DNA of 64,000 nucleotides from Eledone cirrhosa. Taxonomy: Eukaryota. Positions within the stretch are counted from its first letter, which is position 1. Each line of letters opens with the position of its first letter. Made by a program: the position numbers and the translations under genes. Under the pieces are notes generated by a model. That model did not search any database. It had not been told where the DNA came from and worked only from the letters and a program-made list of their open reading frames with translations. Below are positions 39,441-53,352 of this stretch, one piece after another. The stretch is from positions 3,844,001 to 3,908,000 of the forward strand of contig OZ024748.1 in assembly GCA_964016885.1 (NCBI GenBank). The letters are read 5' to 3'.

Positions 39441-39790
39441 TCTCTCTCTTCTTCCCTCTCCCTCTCTCTCTATCGCTTTCACTGCTTCTCTACCTTTTCT
39501 GTACTCTCTCATTATCTCTATTCCTCTTTGCTTTTCTTCTCTTTCTTTCTCTCACCTGGCTGCTCTTTTAATCTCTCTTACCTGCCTATCTGCCTATCTG
39601 CCTTTCTTCTTCTCTCTCTCTCTGCTCTTTTAATCGCTCTTATCACCCATACTTTCCTCTCTCTCAATTGTTGTTTTTTTAATCAATCTTACTCCCCTTC
39701 ACTCTCACACCACTGTAACCTTCCTCAACTCCCTCACTGCTCCATTTGACAACTAAACAAATCTATATCAAACGTCAGCTAACATTGTGT

Positions 39791-39863
39791 GTCTCTGTAG
39801 CGCAGGGGATAGCGCGCTGGACTTCTAATCCAGAGGTCGTGGGTTCGAATCCCACCAGGGATG
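39791..39863 (+). tRNA. tRNA-Arg(TCT), intronless
   Basis: 73-nt cloverleaf as in the other Arg copies; T-run follows. Confidence 0.94.
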
Positions 39864-41148
39864 ACTTATTTTTATTGTATTTTAATAAGGTTTTTCTTTT
39901 TTAAATAATTGTTTCTACTTTTAGCACAAGGCCAGCAATTACCCAGTACATTACTGGTACTTTATTTTATCGACCCCGTAATGATGACTGGCAAAGTCAA
40001 CCTCGACGGCTTTTGAACTCAGACCGTAAAGGGACGTAACTATGCTGGAAATCATGGCGTCCAATCCTCTACTGATACTGCCAATTCACCAGCCTTTTCT
40101 TTTTTAAATAATTGTTTCTACTTTTGGCACTAGGCCATCAATTACCAGTGTATTACTGGTACTTTATTTTATCGACCCCGTAAGGATGAAAGGCAAAGTT
40201 AACCTCGGCGGGATTTGATCTCAGACCATATTCTTTTTTAAATAATAATCATAAATTGGATCTGAACATATACCCTGGTTACTCTGCATCTTGGTATAAA
40301 GTATATTCACAAATATTTTTATTAATTCAACAAATTTAAGTTACATTACATAATGTTTATAGAAAAGAAAGAAAGAACGACGTTAAATAGGTAAAGCAAA
40401 GGCATGGTAGGAGCTACAGACTCTACACCCCAGTCAAGGTAATAGACTCCAACTTCTTGTGAATGTGGTGGTCCCAGGTTGTTGTCTTTTATCTGATCGA
40501 AATCAGAGATCAGTGATCAGTTTCCAGGGACCACTGCCAGGAAGTCAATAAACTTGGGCCCCGTTCTCTAGTCGTACACTGCAGACAAAATGGCGAAGGC
40601 ATTGCTCGAGACCTCGGTAAGGCAGGTGATAAATTACTGGAATAACCAAGCACCTTCATCTTAAGGATCACCTGATATATCAGTTAGACCAGGTGATAGC
40701 GTGGCTAAGACGCTAGAATAGTTAAACACCAACAAGTCAACGAAGGAATATCTTACGTGTTATTTCTTGTCTTTCTGCCACGTTTTTTTAACTACTCCTT
40801 CTCCCCATTCTTACTCTCCATATTCTCACATCTCTCTCTTTCTCTCTCTCTCGGTATCCTTCTTGCCTTTCTTCTCTTTCTTTCTCTCACTGGCTGCTCT
40901 TTTAAATCCTCTTACCTCTCTCCCTGCCTTTCTTCTCTCTCTCTGCTCTTTTAATCGCTCTTATCACTCACACCTTCCTCCCGCCTTACTTCTCTCTCTC
41001 TATCTTGTTGCTTTTTCAATCAATTTTCCCTCTCACCCCGCCCTCACTGATTACCCCCCCCCCACTCTCTCCACCAACTCCCCCAACTCCCTCACTGGTC
41101 CATTTGACAACTAAACAAATATATATCAAACGTCAGTCAACATCATGT

Positions 41149-41221
41149 GTCTCTGTAGCGCAGGGGATAGCGCGCTGGACTTCTAATCCAGAGGTCGTGG
41201 GTTCGAATCCCACCAGGGATG
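41149..41221 (+). tRNA. tRNA-Arg(TCT), intronless
   Basis: 73-nt cloverleaf as in the other Arg copies; T-run follows. Confidence 0.94.
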
Positions 41222-42366
41222 ATTATTTTTTACCGTATTTAATGTTTGTTTTTCTGAAAATAATGGTTTCTTATATAGGCACAAGGCCAGCAATTTTGGG
41301 GTAGGTGAAAGTCAATTAAATAGACCCCAGTGCGTGACTGGTACTTTATTTCATATTGTTTTTAAAAATAATAATTGTTTCTACTTTTGGCACAAGGCCA
41401 GCAATTACGCAGTACATTACTGGTATTTTATTTTATCGACCCCGTAAGGATGAAAGGAAAGTTAACCTCGGTGGGATTTGAATTCAGAATGGCAAGGGCC
41501 GTAACTCTATGCGTCAAAGCATGGCGTCCGACCCTCTACTGATACTGCCAATCCACCGCTTTTTTTTTATCCACCCCGTTTTTATAAAATAATAATAATA
41601 ATTAATTGTATGTATGTACTGCTTCTGTTGTATTGTAGAAGTAAATAGTTATCGTGTCTGTTATTGAAATGAATAATTTGAAGATAATTATTTATTATGA
41701 TGTCTGCAGTTAGAAAACAACTCTTGTTTTTTTTTAGTTCAATATTTGGTTAGGTTTCTCAGAATGGGCGAACTTGTCTCTCTTAACTTCTCTCTCTCCC
41801 CATCTCCATTGCTCTCACTCTCTCTCTCCACACTTCCCTTGCTACCCTCTCTCTCTCATATTCCTCCTTTCTCTCTTTCTCTCTCTCTCTCATATTCCCC
41901 CTTTCTTTCTCTCTCTCCCTTTCTCACTCTCCCTCTCTCTCTGTAACACGTGCCATCTACCTTCGACCATTCAACCATTTATTCACATTTAGTACCCCTG
42001 CTACTCTCTCCTTGCTCCTCTCTCTCTTTCCCAGCTCCCTCCCCCTCTTTCTCTGTTTCTTCAGCTTCTTTCTTTTACGCCCACATCCGCTTCCGCAATG
42101 TATTTAGACCACGCCCACTCCATTACATAATTAAATCTCTCATCTGATTTAATCGTTTTTAAAGTTTTAGTAAATGTTGTATGTTTGGAGAGATTGACGC
42201 TGGGTTACTGGAAAGAGGGAGGAGAGAGACGGAGAGGAGATGGTGATATAGAGAGAGGGTAGGAGAAGAGGAAAAGGAGACAAGGGGAAGAGAAGAGGGA
42301 GAGATAGAGGGGGAGGGGAAGAGAGAGAGGGTGTTATAGAGGAATAAGAGAGAGGAGAGAGGAGAA

Positions 42367-42408
<42 letters not shown>

Positions 42409-43499
42409 ATATCTTTTCTCTTTCTTCCTATTTAGTTAGTTTTTCTTTAGATTTTTACATTATCATTCCTTGCTGTTTTCTTTCGTTGTTTTTCCTCCTT
42501 CTCTTCTCTTCGTAATTTCCTCTCTTCATTCTCCCCTCTTTCTTTCTTTCTTTCACTCATTCTTTCTTAACTTCTTTCTTTCTACTCTTTTTTCTTCCAC
42601 CTTTTATTCAATTCCCACCCACCATCACCACCTTCACAACACACACACACTACACAACAGTAATACACTCATACATTACACCACACCACTCTACGCCACA
42701 CCATTCTACACCACACCACACCACACCACAGTAATATACTCCACACCACACCACACCACACCACAGTAATATACTCCACACCACACCACACTACTCTATA
42801 CCACACCACACTACACCATTCCACTTTCTTCTTCGGTCCGTTTGACATGTGGCCAAGAAAGTTAAGACTGACACAAACATCCAATTTGATTGTGTTCCAA
42901 CAAGCTTGTCGCTATCACTACCAAACGTCTCGACTACGACGAGGGACACACGACTAGACGACGTATTTATTTCTAACATTAAAACAACAACGAACAAGAA
43001 AAAAACAAACAACAACAACAACAAAAAAAAGAAAGACATGAAAACAAGAGAGGAAAATGGCTACCAGCGAACGTCATTGTCGTTTGTTTTCTGCAGCATG
43101 CACGGCAGACAATAATTTTTCGCGGAAATTATCCATCTCTATGTAACGTGAAAATGGAAGGAAAAAATGGAGGACAAATAGAATGGAACAAGAGAAAGGA
43201 AAAAAAGAAGAGAAAAGCAGTTATTTACATCTGATGTAATGTGAAATGATAATAGTAATGAGAATATGGAAGCAAATACGGTTGTAAATGAAATAATGCG
43301 AATAATATGAAGCGTTATAAAACGAAATGAAATGAAATGTGATCTAATCTTAATCTAAATGGCAAATACATAAACAAGGACCCACATATTCACATACATA
43401 TATGTGTGTGTGTGTGTGTGTGTTTGTATGTACGCATATGTGTGTACATGTATGCATACATGTATGTATGTAGTTAGTGTATATATATGTATATATTTA

Positions 43500-44432
43500 A
43501 TTCAATCCATTCAATCCAGGCCCTTTTCACTCCTACCGAAGGAACCCCTCTCTGACTGACCTCCACCGTTTTCTATTTTGGGTTTTGGTCATGTCAGGGG
43601 TGTAGCTCTACTGACCACACTTGGTCTGTGGTCATGTCAGGGGTGTAGCTGTACTGACCACACTTGGCCTGTGGTCATGTCAGGGGTGTAGCTGTACTGA
43701 CCACACTTGGCCTGTGGTCATGTCAGGGGTGTAGCTGTACTGACCACACTTGGCCAACTGTGGTCATGTCAGGGGTGTAGCCGTAATGACCACACTTGAC
43801 CAACTGTGGTCATGTCAGGGGTGTAGCTGTACTGACCACACCTGGCCTGTGGTCATGTCAGGGGTGTAGCCGTACTGACCACACTTGGCTAATTGTGGTC
43901 ATGTCAGGGGTGTAGCCGTACTGACCACACTTGGCCTGTGGTCATGTCAGGGGTGTAGCTGTACGTAGCTGTACTGACCACACTTGACCTGTGGTCATGT
44001 CAGGGGTGTAGCTGTACTGACCACACTTGACCTGTGGTCATGTCAGGGGTGTAGCTGTACTGACCACACCTGGCCTGTGGTCATGTCAGTGGTGTAGCTG
44101 TACTGACCACACTTGGCCAACTGTGGTCATGTCAGGGGTGTAGCTGTACTGACCACACTTGACCAACTGTGGTCATGTCAGGGGTGTAGCTGTACTGACC
44201 ACACTTGGCCAACTGTGGTCATGTCAGGGGTGTAGCTGTACTGACCACACTTGACCAATTGCAGGTTGGTGAGGCTATTTAAACCATAGCTGGGCAATCT
44301 CATTTCTACAGCTGAGTGAACTGGAGCATCGTGAAATAAAGTGTCTTGCTCAAGAACACAACACAGAGCTAGGTCCAAGAATCGAACTGACAACCTCAGG
44401 ATCTTAAGCCTAACACTCTAACCACTAAGCGA
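43500..44432 (-). mobile_element. CORE-type SINE with internal 40-43-bp minisatellite (43586-44257)
   Basis: tRNA head and CORE at 44300-44432 (minus), then ~16 units of CTGTGGTCATGTCAGGGGTGTAGCTGTACTGACCACACTTGGC, then a tail ending in (GGATTGAAT)2. Confidence 0.7.
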
Positions 44433-45061
44433 AAGGTGGCTCTGACTTCGAAATTTCGGTTTTAAATGAAACCTTTTCAGACAGCAGTCTCATTATAGTT
44501 GATACTTCGAAGTCACTAAAACCTTTTTCCTTTGTAAAATGATTTCATTTATTGGCCACAAGGGCCGAATTTTCCTTTGTAAAATAATATCTATACCCTC
44601 TTGTCGTTATCACCGTTGTCATGGTTGTTGTTGTTGTTGTTATTAACTTGACTGTTGTTGTTACTGTTATTATTGTTAATGTTGCTGTTGTTGTTGCTGT
44701 CAATGTTGTTACTGCTGTTGTTTTTGTTGTTGTTGTCAATGTTGTTGTCGTTGTTGTTGTTACTGTTGTTGTTGTTGTCGATGTTGTTGTTACTGCTATC
44801 ATTGTTGTTGTTACTGTTGTTGTTGTTGTTGTTGTTGTTGTCAATGTTATTGTTGTTGTTGTTGTAGTGGTGGTGAAATTTAGAACACTTGTACAATTAT
44901 AGATAAGCTGTGATAAGTGACATGTTGTGGTAATGGGGTGAGGAGGGGGAGGAGAGTTAGAGGGAGATGTGTGAGGGTAAAGGAGTGGGAAGAGAGAAAG
45001 TAAGAGGAATGTGTGAGGGAGTGTGAGATGAGAGAGAGAAAGAGAGGGGGAGGAGTTCGTG

Positions 45062-45102
<41 letters not shown>

Positions 45103-45959
45103 GAGAGAGAGAGTGAGGGAGAGAGAGAGAGAGTGAGGGAGAGAGAGAGAGAGGAGTGTGTGAGGAAGCGATAGTGGTAGAAAATGAGAGAGGGAGAGTA
45201 TGGGTGTGAAGGCGTGTACTGCGGTGTGGTGTAGTGTAGTGGAGTTTAGTGTAGTGTATTATATTGTAGTGCAGTGTAGAGCAGTGTAGTGTAGTGTAGT
45301 GTAGTGTAGTGTAGTGTAGTGTTGTGTAGTTCAGTGTGGTGTAGTGTAGATTAGTGTGGTGTAATGTAGTGTTGTGTAGTGTAGTGTTGTGTAGTGTAGT
45401 GTAGTGTAGTTTAGTGTAGTGTGGTGTAGTGTAGTTTAGTGTAGTGTGGTATAGTATAGGGTAGTTTAATGTAGTGTAGTGTAGAGTAGTTCAGTGTGGT
45501 GTAGTGTAGTTTAGTGTAGTGTAGTGTAGTGAAGTTTAATGTAGTGTGGTGTAGTATAGGGTAGTTTAATGTAGTGTAGTACAGTGTAGAGTAGTTCAAT
45601 GTGGAGTAGTGTAGTGTAGTGTAGTGTAGTGTAGTGTGATGCAGTGTATGGTGTGGTATAGGGTAATGTTGTGAAGTGTAGTGTAATATGGTTTTGTGGC
45701 AGTGTAGTGGGGGTGTACCACCAACACCACCACCACCACTTCTACAACAACAATAACAACAACCACTACAACTACTATAACTATAACCACCACTACTACC
45801 ACCACTACCACCACCACTACCACCACTACCACCACTACCACCATTGTCCATAAATCGTCCGTTCATTACAACACAACGTCTCCCATTTAAAAGTCTGTCT
45901 ATTCAGACTTAATTTCTTCAGTAAACTGTAAAACTGATTGCTTCTTGCTCTCCCTTCTT

Positions 45960-46075
<116 letters not shown>

Positions 46076-46470
46076 ACATATGTATACATATACATATATA
46101 TACACACACACACACATATATACATACATATACATACATATACACACACTACATACATCCACACGCATACATACATATACATACACATACATATACATAC
46201 ATATGCATACATATATATTCGCATACATACAAATATATACATAAATATACATACATATACCCATATACATACATATACACCCATACATACACACATAAAC
46301 ATACATATACACATTTAGATACACATAGATATGTGCATGTATGTATGTACGTAAGTTTGTATGTATGTGAAGATATGTATTTGGGCGTGCCTCAAATTGT
46401 GTATGGATATATATATACATACATACACACATACATACACACATACATACATAAATACATACACGCACGC

Positions 46471-46549
<79 letters not shown>

Positions 46550-47256
46550 TAGACAATTGCATTCTCAAGGCAATTGGAATCGCTCTTCTGTACTTCATAA
46601 TAACATTTTCCAGCTTTCTTTCCCTCTTTCTTTCATTCAATCTCAACCCCCCCTTCCCCTATCTCAATATTTTAAAAACTCGACGCCATTTTGGTTGAGC
46701 GAGCTTTAGTTATCTGCTGCCAACAAAGATTTCTCAAGCAATTGCCACTTAACTGATAAGGACGTTTTTTCCCCCTTTCCTATTATACTTCTTCACATTC
46801 TTCTTCTTCTTCGGGTCTGTCTCTTTAATTAAAACGGATTTAACGCCCTGAAAGCTACGCTGAAGAAATGCAAGACCGTAGCAATGACAAAAGCCAGTAA
46901 AACTCGTTGGAAAAACATATCTTTGGAACGGACTTTTAGTAATGGCTGCCTGACCGCTAGATCGGGCGGGCGCCATTTTGTTGGTTCTCTTACAGTAGTT
47001 TTGTGCGTGTATTCGTTTTAGGTTTTGTTTAAAACAATTGACGTGAGCGAGCTTGTTGCCGATAATTGCCTTGTTTGTTACGAAAAGTGAGGGACAGTCA
47101 ACACATCAATGAGCCTCGTTACTGACAGACTCTTTTCTGTTGTTTTCCTTTTAAAATTTATTTCTTGTCTTTTCTGCTTGGAATAGAATAGTGAAAAGAA
47201 AACGTCAAATGGAAACGAAACGAAACTTTCGGGACTGCATAACTGCATACGTTGCG

Positions 47257-47311
<55 letters not shown>

Positions 47312-48437
47312 AATGAGGGAAGAATAACACACACACATATATATATATATAGTAAATGAGTGAAGAATAACATACATACATATATATATATATATCGGAT
47401 TAAACCAGTATTAAACTAGTTAATAAATTATTCAACAGAGTACTGGATACTTGGGATTATGGAGTGTGACTATATTAGAAACGCCCCGACTCTTTCTAAT
47501 ATATATATAGAGAGGGAGGGGGGGGGGGGGGGGGCGAGATATTAGCACCACCGCCACTGCCACCACCACCACCACCGCCACTGCCACCACCACCACCGCC
47601 ACCATCATCACCATCATCATCAATAACTGCTATATACATATTCTGTTATACAAATACACACACAATTTCTCAATTCCATCTTTGTGTATGTGTATATATA
47701 CATGTATGTATATGTGTATATGTCTGCGTATGTATATGTGTATAGGTGTGTGTGTGTGTGTGTATATATGTGTATGCGTGTGTGCGTGTGTATGTGTGCA
47801 CGCACGTGTGTGTGTGTTTATATGTGTGTATAGGTGTGTGTAAGTGTGTATATAATTGTGTGTATAGGATGTGTATCTGCGCGCGCGCGTGTGTATGTGT
47901 ATATATGTGTGTATAGGTGTGTGTATGTGTATGTGTATGCATGTGTGTACGTGTATGTGTGTGTATGTGTGTGAGTGTGTGTGTTTGCAAGTGTGTGTTT
48001 CAGTGTCCTTCCAACCGTTCATCTGTCAGTCGCGCCTCGCTTGATACCAACTCGTATCAGTATTTCATGAAGAAGAAGAAGAAGAAGAAGAAGAAGAAGA
48101 AGAAGAAGAAGAAGAAGAAGAAGAAGAAGAAGAAGAAGAAGAAGAAGAAGAAGATAATGATGATAATGATGATAATGATGACGGTTGTGATGGTGATAAT
48201 GGTGCTGATGACAATGATGGTGATGAAGATGATGATGATGGTGATGGTGGAGGGGCTGTTCATGATGATGGTGATGATGGTGGTGGTGGAGGGGCTGCTG
48301 CTGTTTATGATAATGATGATGTTGATGATATTTAATTTTTAATATTAAAATATTTTTTTTTCTTCCAAATCTCTGGAGACAGGGTGGTAGTTGTAGTAGT
48401 AGTAGTAGTAGTGGTAGTGGTGGTAGTAGTAGTAGTA

Positions 48438-48489
<52 letters not shown>

Positions 48490-48698
48490 TGGTAGTAGTA
48501 GTAGTAGTGGTAGTAGTGGTAGTTGTAGTAGTAGTAGTAGCAGTGGTAGTGGTGGTAGTAGTAGTAGTAGTGGTAGTGGTGGTAGTAGTAGTAGTAGTAG
48601 TAGTGGTAGTGGTAGTAGTAGTAGTAGTGGTAGTAGTGGTAGTTGTAGTAGTAGTAGTAGCAGTGGTAGTTGTAGTAGTAGTAGTAGTCGTAGTGGTA

Positions 48699-48741
<43 letters not shown>

Positions 48742-49238
48742 TGGTGGTAGTAGCAGTAGTAGTAGTAGTAGTAATAGTGGTAGTGGTGGTAGTAGTAGTA
48801 GTAGTAACAAAAACAACCACAACAAAAACAACAACAGCCACAACAGAAACAACAACAACAGCCACATCAACAACATATAACAATGACCCCTTTCATTGCC
48901 GTCCCCTAATAGTTATCAAATATGCCCCTTAACCCTCCACCCCCCAATAAACCCCTACTACAGTAACTTACAGTATATTGGGAATATATATCCCACTGGT
49001 ACCTTCTTTTAACGAAGCATTAGCTAACCTTAAGTTAGTAATGGAGAGTTTCCTAACTGTCAAATACTTAATGAAGCCTCTGACGATATTGCCAAATGAT
49101 ACTGTACTGAACTGGATATCGAAACCACTGATTACCCGTACAGATTACCTGAAAAACGTAATGCTATGATAGCATTCTTCATTGATATTTTTTCTTCTCT
49201 CTCTCTCTCTATTTCTCTCTTAGTTTGTCTGTCCCCCC

Positions 49239-49275
<37 letters not shown>

Positions 49276-49346
49276 GTATGTGTATGTAAATATATACATA
49301 TGTATAGCAAAACACAGTATGTGCTTTCATTTACACCCCTTTTAAG

Positions 49347-49395
<49 letters not shown>

Positions 49396-49788
49396 TGTTG
49401 GTGTAAATGGTAGCACAGTGGTCCGGATAACCAAAGATGTGGGTTCGACTCCCATGTACGTCAATACTCATCTTTTTTCCATTTCTCCGAGGGTTCTTAA
49501 CCCCAATATCAGGCTAAGTAATTTCTTTAATTTCTTTAGTCAAAATACGGCGATAGCTTACATTTCTAATAATTTCAAACCCACTCGCTGTTTCGAAAAT
49601 ATTCTTACTATATATATATAACGAAGGAGTTGTGGTAAGGAACCAGATGGACCATAACGTACCAGAGTACTCAATACTTAGGGTAGTAGAGTGGGTAATA
49701 GGAGAAAGCAAGACTCCGAAATAGGAAAAAGTAGTCCAGAAATAGCCGTCGAAATGGCTTGAGCTCTGCCGTCGGGGTCATACTTTTT

Positions 49789-49843
<55 letters not shown>

Positions 49844-50576
49844 CATTATTCATATGTATGTATGTATTGTGTATGTGTGTATTATATTTCAGTTTACTGA
49901 AACGCTTCATCTGTTTGAACTCTATCTCCCTATCTCCCCCTCTCTCACACGCACACAAACATACACACACAAATACACACATATATGTACAAAGAGAGTC
50001 CAAAGTTTAAGCTTGACCGTAGGGCTTATATATTTTATAATAATAGTTACATTCTACTTTGCTTAAAGTATTGAGTACTAATTTGAATAATGGTCTTACT
50101 CTTTCCAATTCCTTACAAATTCCCTTTATCCCCTTAATTCCTTCCAAATTTCCTTTCTGTCCCCCTCACGACTACCAACACCACTCCCACAACCACCACT
50201 ACCAACACCACTCCCACAACCACCACCGGTACCATCACCACCACCCTCACCACCTCCACCACCACCACCACTACACCCGGTACCATCACCACCACCCTCA
50301 CCACCACCCCCGGTACCATCACCACCACCCTCATCACCACTACCACCACCACCACCACCACCACCAACAACAACAACACCACTACACCCGGTACCATCAT
50401 CATCACCACTACCATCACGACGACGACGACCACCACCACCAACACCCCCAGTGCCACCCCATTCCCCCACCACCACTCAACCATCCATTCATACCCCCCC
50501 TCCTTCTCGTCGCTCCATCCCAGAAATATTCACTATGAAATCCCATGTGAGACGCAGCGATATCTAAAAACGAGAG

Positions 50577-50586
50577 TCTCGCGAGA
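50577..50586. promoter_or_regulatory. TCTCGCGAGA palindrome (BANP-type CGCG motif) in a CpG-rich patch
   Basis: Exact 10-mer; known housekeeping-promoter motif in vertebrates; no linked gene identified here. Confidence 0.3.
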
Positions 50587-50696
50587 TTGCCGCAAGTAAC
50601 ACACGGCTGCCAACTGAAGCGTAAGACAGACAGACAGACAACAAGATAGAAGAAGAGAAATATAGAGAAAGGGAGAGAGAGAGAGACAGAGATAGG

Positions 50697-50736
<40 letters not shown>

Positions 50737-50761
50737 GTGAGAGAGAGAGAGAGTGAGAGGG

Positions 50762-50818
<57 letters not shown>

Positions 50819-51008
50819 GAGAGAGAGAGAGAGAGAAGCAATGGTAGGCAGAGCGAAGGAGAGAAAGAGAGAAACGGGCAAATAAAGAGAGAGAGAGGGA
50901 GAGATAAATATATATAAATATATATAGAGAGAAATTGAGGGATGAAGAGAGGGTAGGGAAATAGAGAGAGAGAGAGAGGGTAGGGAAATAGAGAGAGAGA
51001 GAGAGAGA

Positions 51009-51041
<33 letters not shown>

Positions 51042-51195
51042 TGAGAGAGAGGGTAGAGAGATAGGGAGAGATTTGAGCTGGAGTTTCAAGCGTATGAAAG
51101 GTTCCATGTCGTAACTAGATTGTAATCACATTGGGTGAAGAATTTAGCAAATTTAGTGAAATAAACGATAGATAGACACAGTGATAACATATGAT

Positions 51196-51269
<74 letters not shown>

Positions 51270-51293
51270 GTGCTGCTGCTACTACTATTACTG

Positions 51294-51374
<81 letters not shown>

Positions 51375-51401
51375 TTACTGCTGCTGCTGTTGCTGCTGCT
51401 G

Positions 51402-51458
<57 letters not shown>

Positions 51459-51659
51459 TAACGCTGTCTACTATTTTCCCGTCTTCCCAACTTATATGTT
51501 CGACTTATATGCTGGACTTATATGCCCGACTTATACGCCCGACTTTTATGCTCGACATATTAGACTACATTTCATAATGAAAATTGTGCATTGTAGCCGT
51601 TAACTCTAAGTTAACTTAATTTTCTAAAATTCATAAATCGCTCAACGTTTCAAAAATAG

Positions 51660-51716
51660 CTGTCTGATGAGGCCATAGCTGATGCATAACGGTTATTACC
51701 GAAATATATATAACAG
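51660..51716 (+). ncRNA. Minimal type I hammerhead motif
   Basis: CTGT-CTGATGA-GG...CC-GAAA-TATATA-TA-ACAG; intact core, palindromic helix III. Confidence 0.65.
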
Positions 51717-52062
51717 GATATATAAATTGAGAAACAAACTATATACTAAAGTATAGTCCACTTTAACACATTCGAGTATCTATTTAGATTTACATATTAT
51801 TTGTTTTATTTACATGTATAAAATACTAGTTTGTTTGTCTATTTGTATATCCACGTATATATCGATTACATTATGTTATAGATGATCTGAACTGAAGTTT
51901 ATTGAGTTTTGTACTGAGAAACATTATCGATATACATTTTATATGTATTGATTAAACCTAAAATTAGCTTTTATATATATATATAAAAGCTATATAATGT
52001 TTCTCAGTACAAAACTCAATAAACTTCATTTCAGATCATCTATAACATAATGTAATCGATAT

Positions 52063-52242
52063 ATATGAGATTCTACAGCACTAGAACTGTTTCATTCTTT
52101 AGAAATCATCAGGAATCCCTGATGATTTCTAAAGAAGGAAACAGTTCTAGTCCTGTAGAATCTCATCTATATTAAAACTTTTATACTCTGCTATGTACTG
52201 AGTACCTTACTTACAGTGGTTACCTCCGATTCAACCCGGAAT

Positions 52243-52245
<3 letters not shown>
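52063..52245. mobile_element. Fold-back Penelope-like terminus with inverted hammerhead cores; same family as 259-390
   Basis: Inverted arms around 52115, each with CTGATGA-TTTCTAAAGAA-(T/G)-GAAAC. The continuation matches 259-390 in reverse complement. Confidence 0.65.
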
Positions 52246-52278
<33 letters not shown>

Positions 52279-52279
52279 C

Positions 52280-52367
<88 letters not shown>

Positions 52368-53273
52368 TAATTTTATATATATATATATATAATCTAATTT
52401 TATATATATATATATACACATTGAAAAAAACCCCACGAAATCGGGACATTTTAAAATAGGCGTATATCTAGAGTTGAACCACTTAAGAAGGAGGGGAAGC
52501 CCTTTAGATCTAAGGGTTTTCTCCCTAATTGTATGAAGGGATGTGATTGATAAAAGTGTATAGGGATTTATTACAGAAGATGGAAGAAGAGAAAAAGTGG
52601 GTACGAAGATGACCGATGTTCGACTATTATCGGAAATGTGTGTTTGTAGTGTAGTGTGGTGTGTATGTATGTTTGTAGTGTAGTGTGTATGTATGTATGT
52701 TTATAGTGTGTATGTATGTATGTTTGTAGTGTAGTGTGTATGTATGTTTGTAGTGTAGTGTGTATGTATGTATGTTTGTAGTGTAGTGTCTATGTATGTA
52801 TGTTTGTAGTGTAGTGTGTATGTATGTATGTTTGTAGTGTAGTGTGTGTGTTTGTTTGTTTACACAGTGTAGTGAAGTATGCTCCAGCCTTTACCAAGTT
52901 CTTGCTCTCTAATCACACCAGAATACCAGAAGGTATTCAACACTCAAGTGTTCCTAGCAAAGCGTGAAACTTCAACAAGTTTTACTTCTGAAGTAAATCC
53001 CTTATTTAAGTATCTGCTGCTTCACCACAATCATACTTTCCATCTCATACATTCTATCGGGCTCCCCCGCCACTTCTGCTCCGCCCCTCATCCCCTCCTC
53101 CTCGCCCCTTCCCATCCCTCTTTTCTCTGTGTATGTATGTATGCATATATGCATGTATGTATGTATAGATGTTGCCCTATCACACGGGGGGTTTTGGGGG
53201 CATTTTAGATGTGGCAAAACCCTTTTCAGGTCTGAACGCAGCAGATTTCTTCTAGAAAAGACGAGAGAGAGAA

Positions 53274-53352
<79 letters not shown>

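Noticed and set aside
43586-44257. CRISPR-like look (palindromic repeats at regular spacing)
   Set aside because: The intervening sequences are identical rather than unique spacers, there are no cas genes, and the context is eukaryotic.
49394-49470. tRNA-like sequence (TGGTGTAAATGG...GGTTCGACTCCC); also SINE heads at 405, 1647 and 19490-19556
   Set aside because: A/B boxes are present, but acceptor and anticodon stems do not close; SINE heads or tRNA pseudogene fragments.
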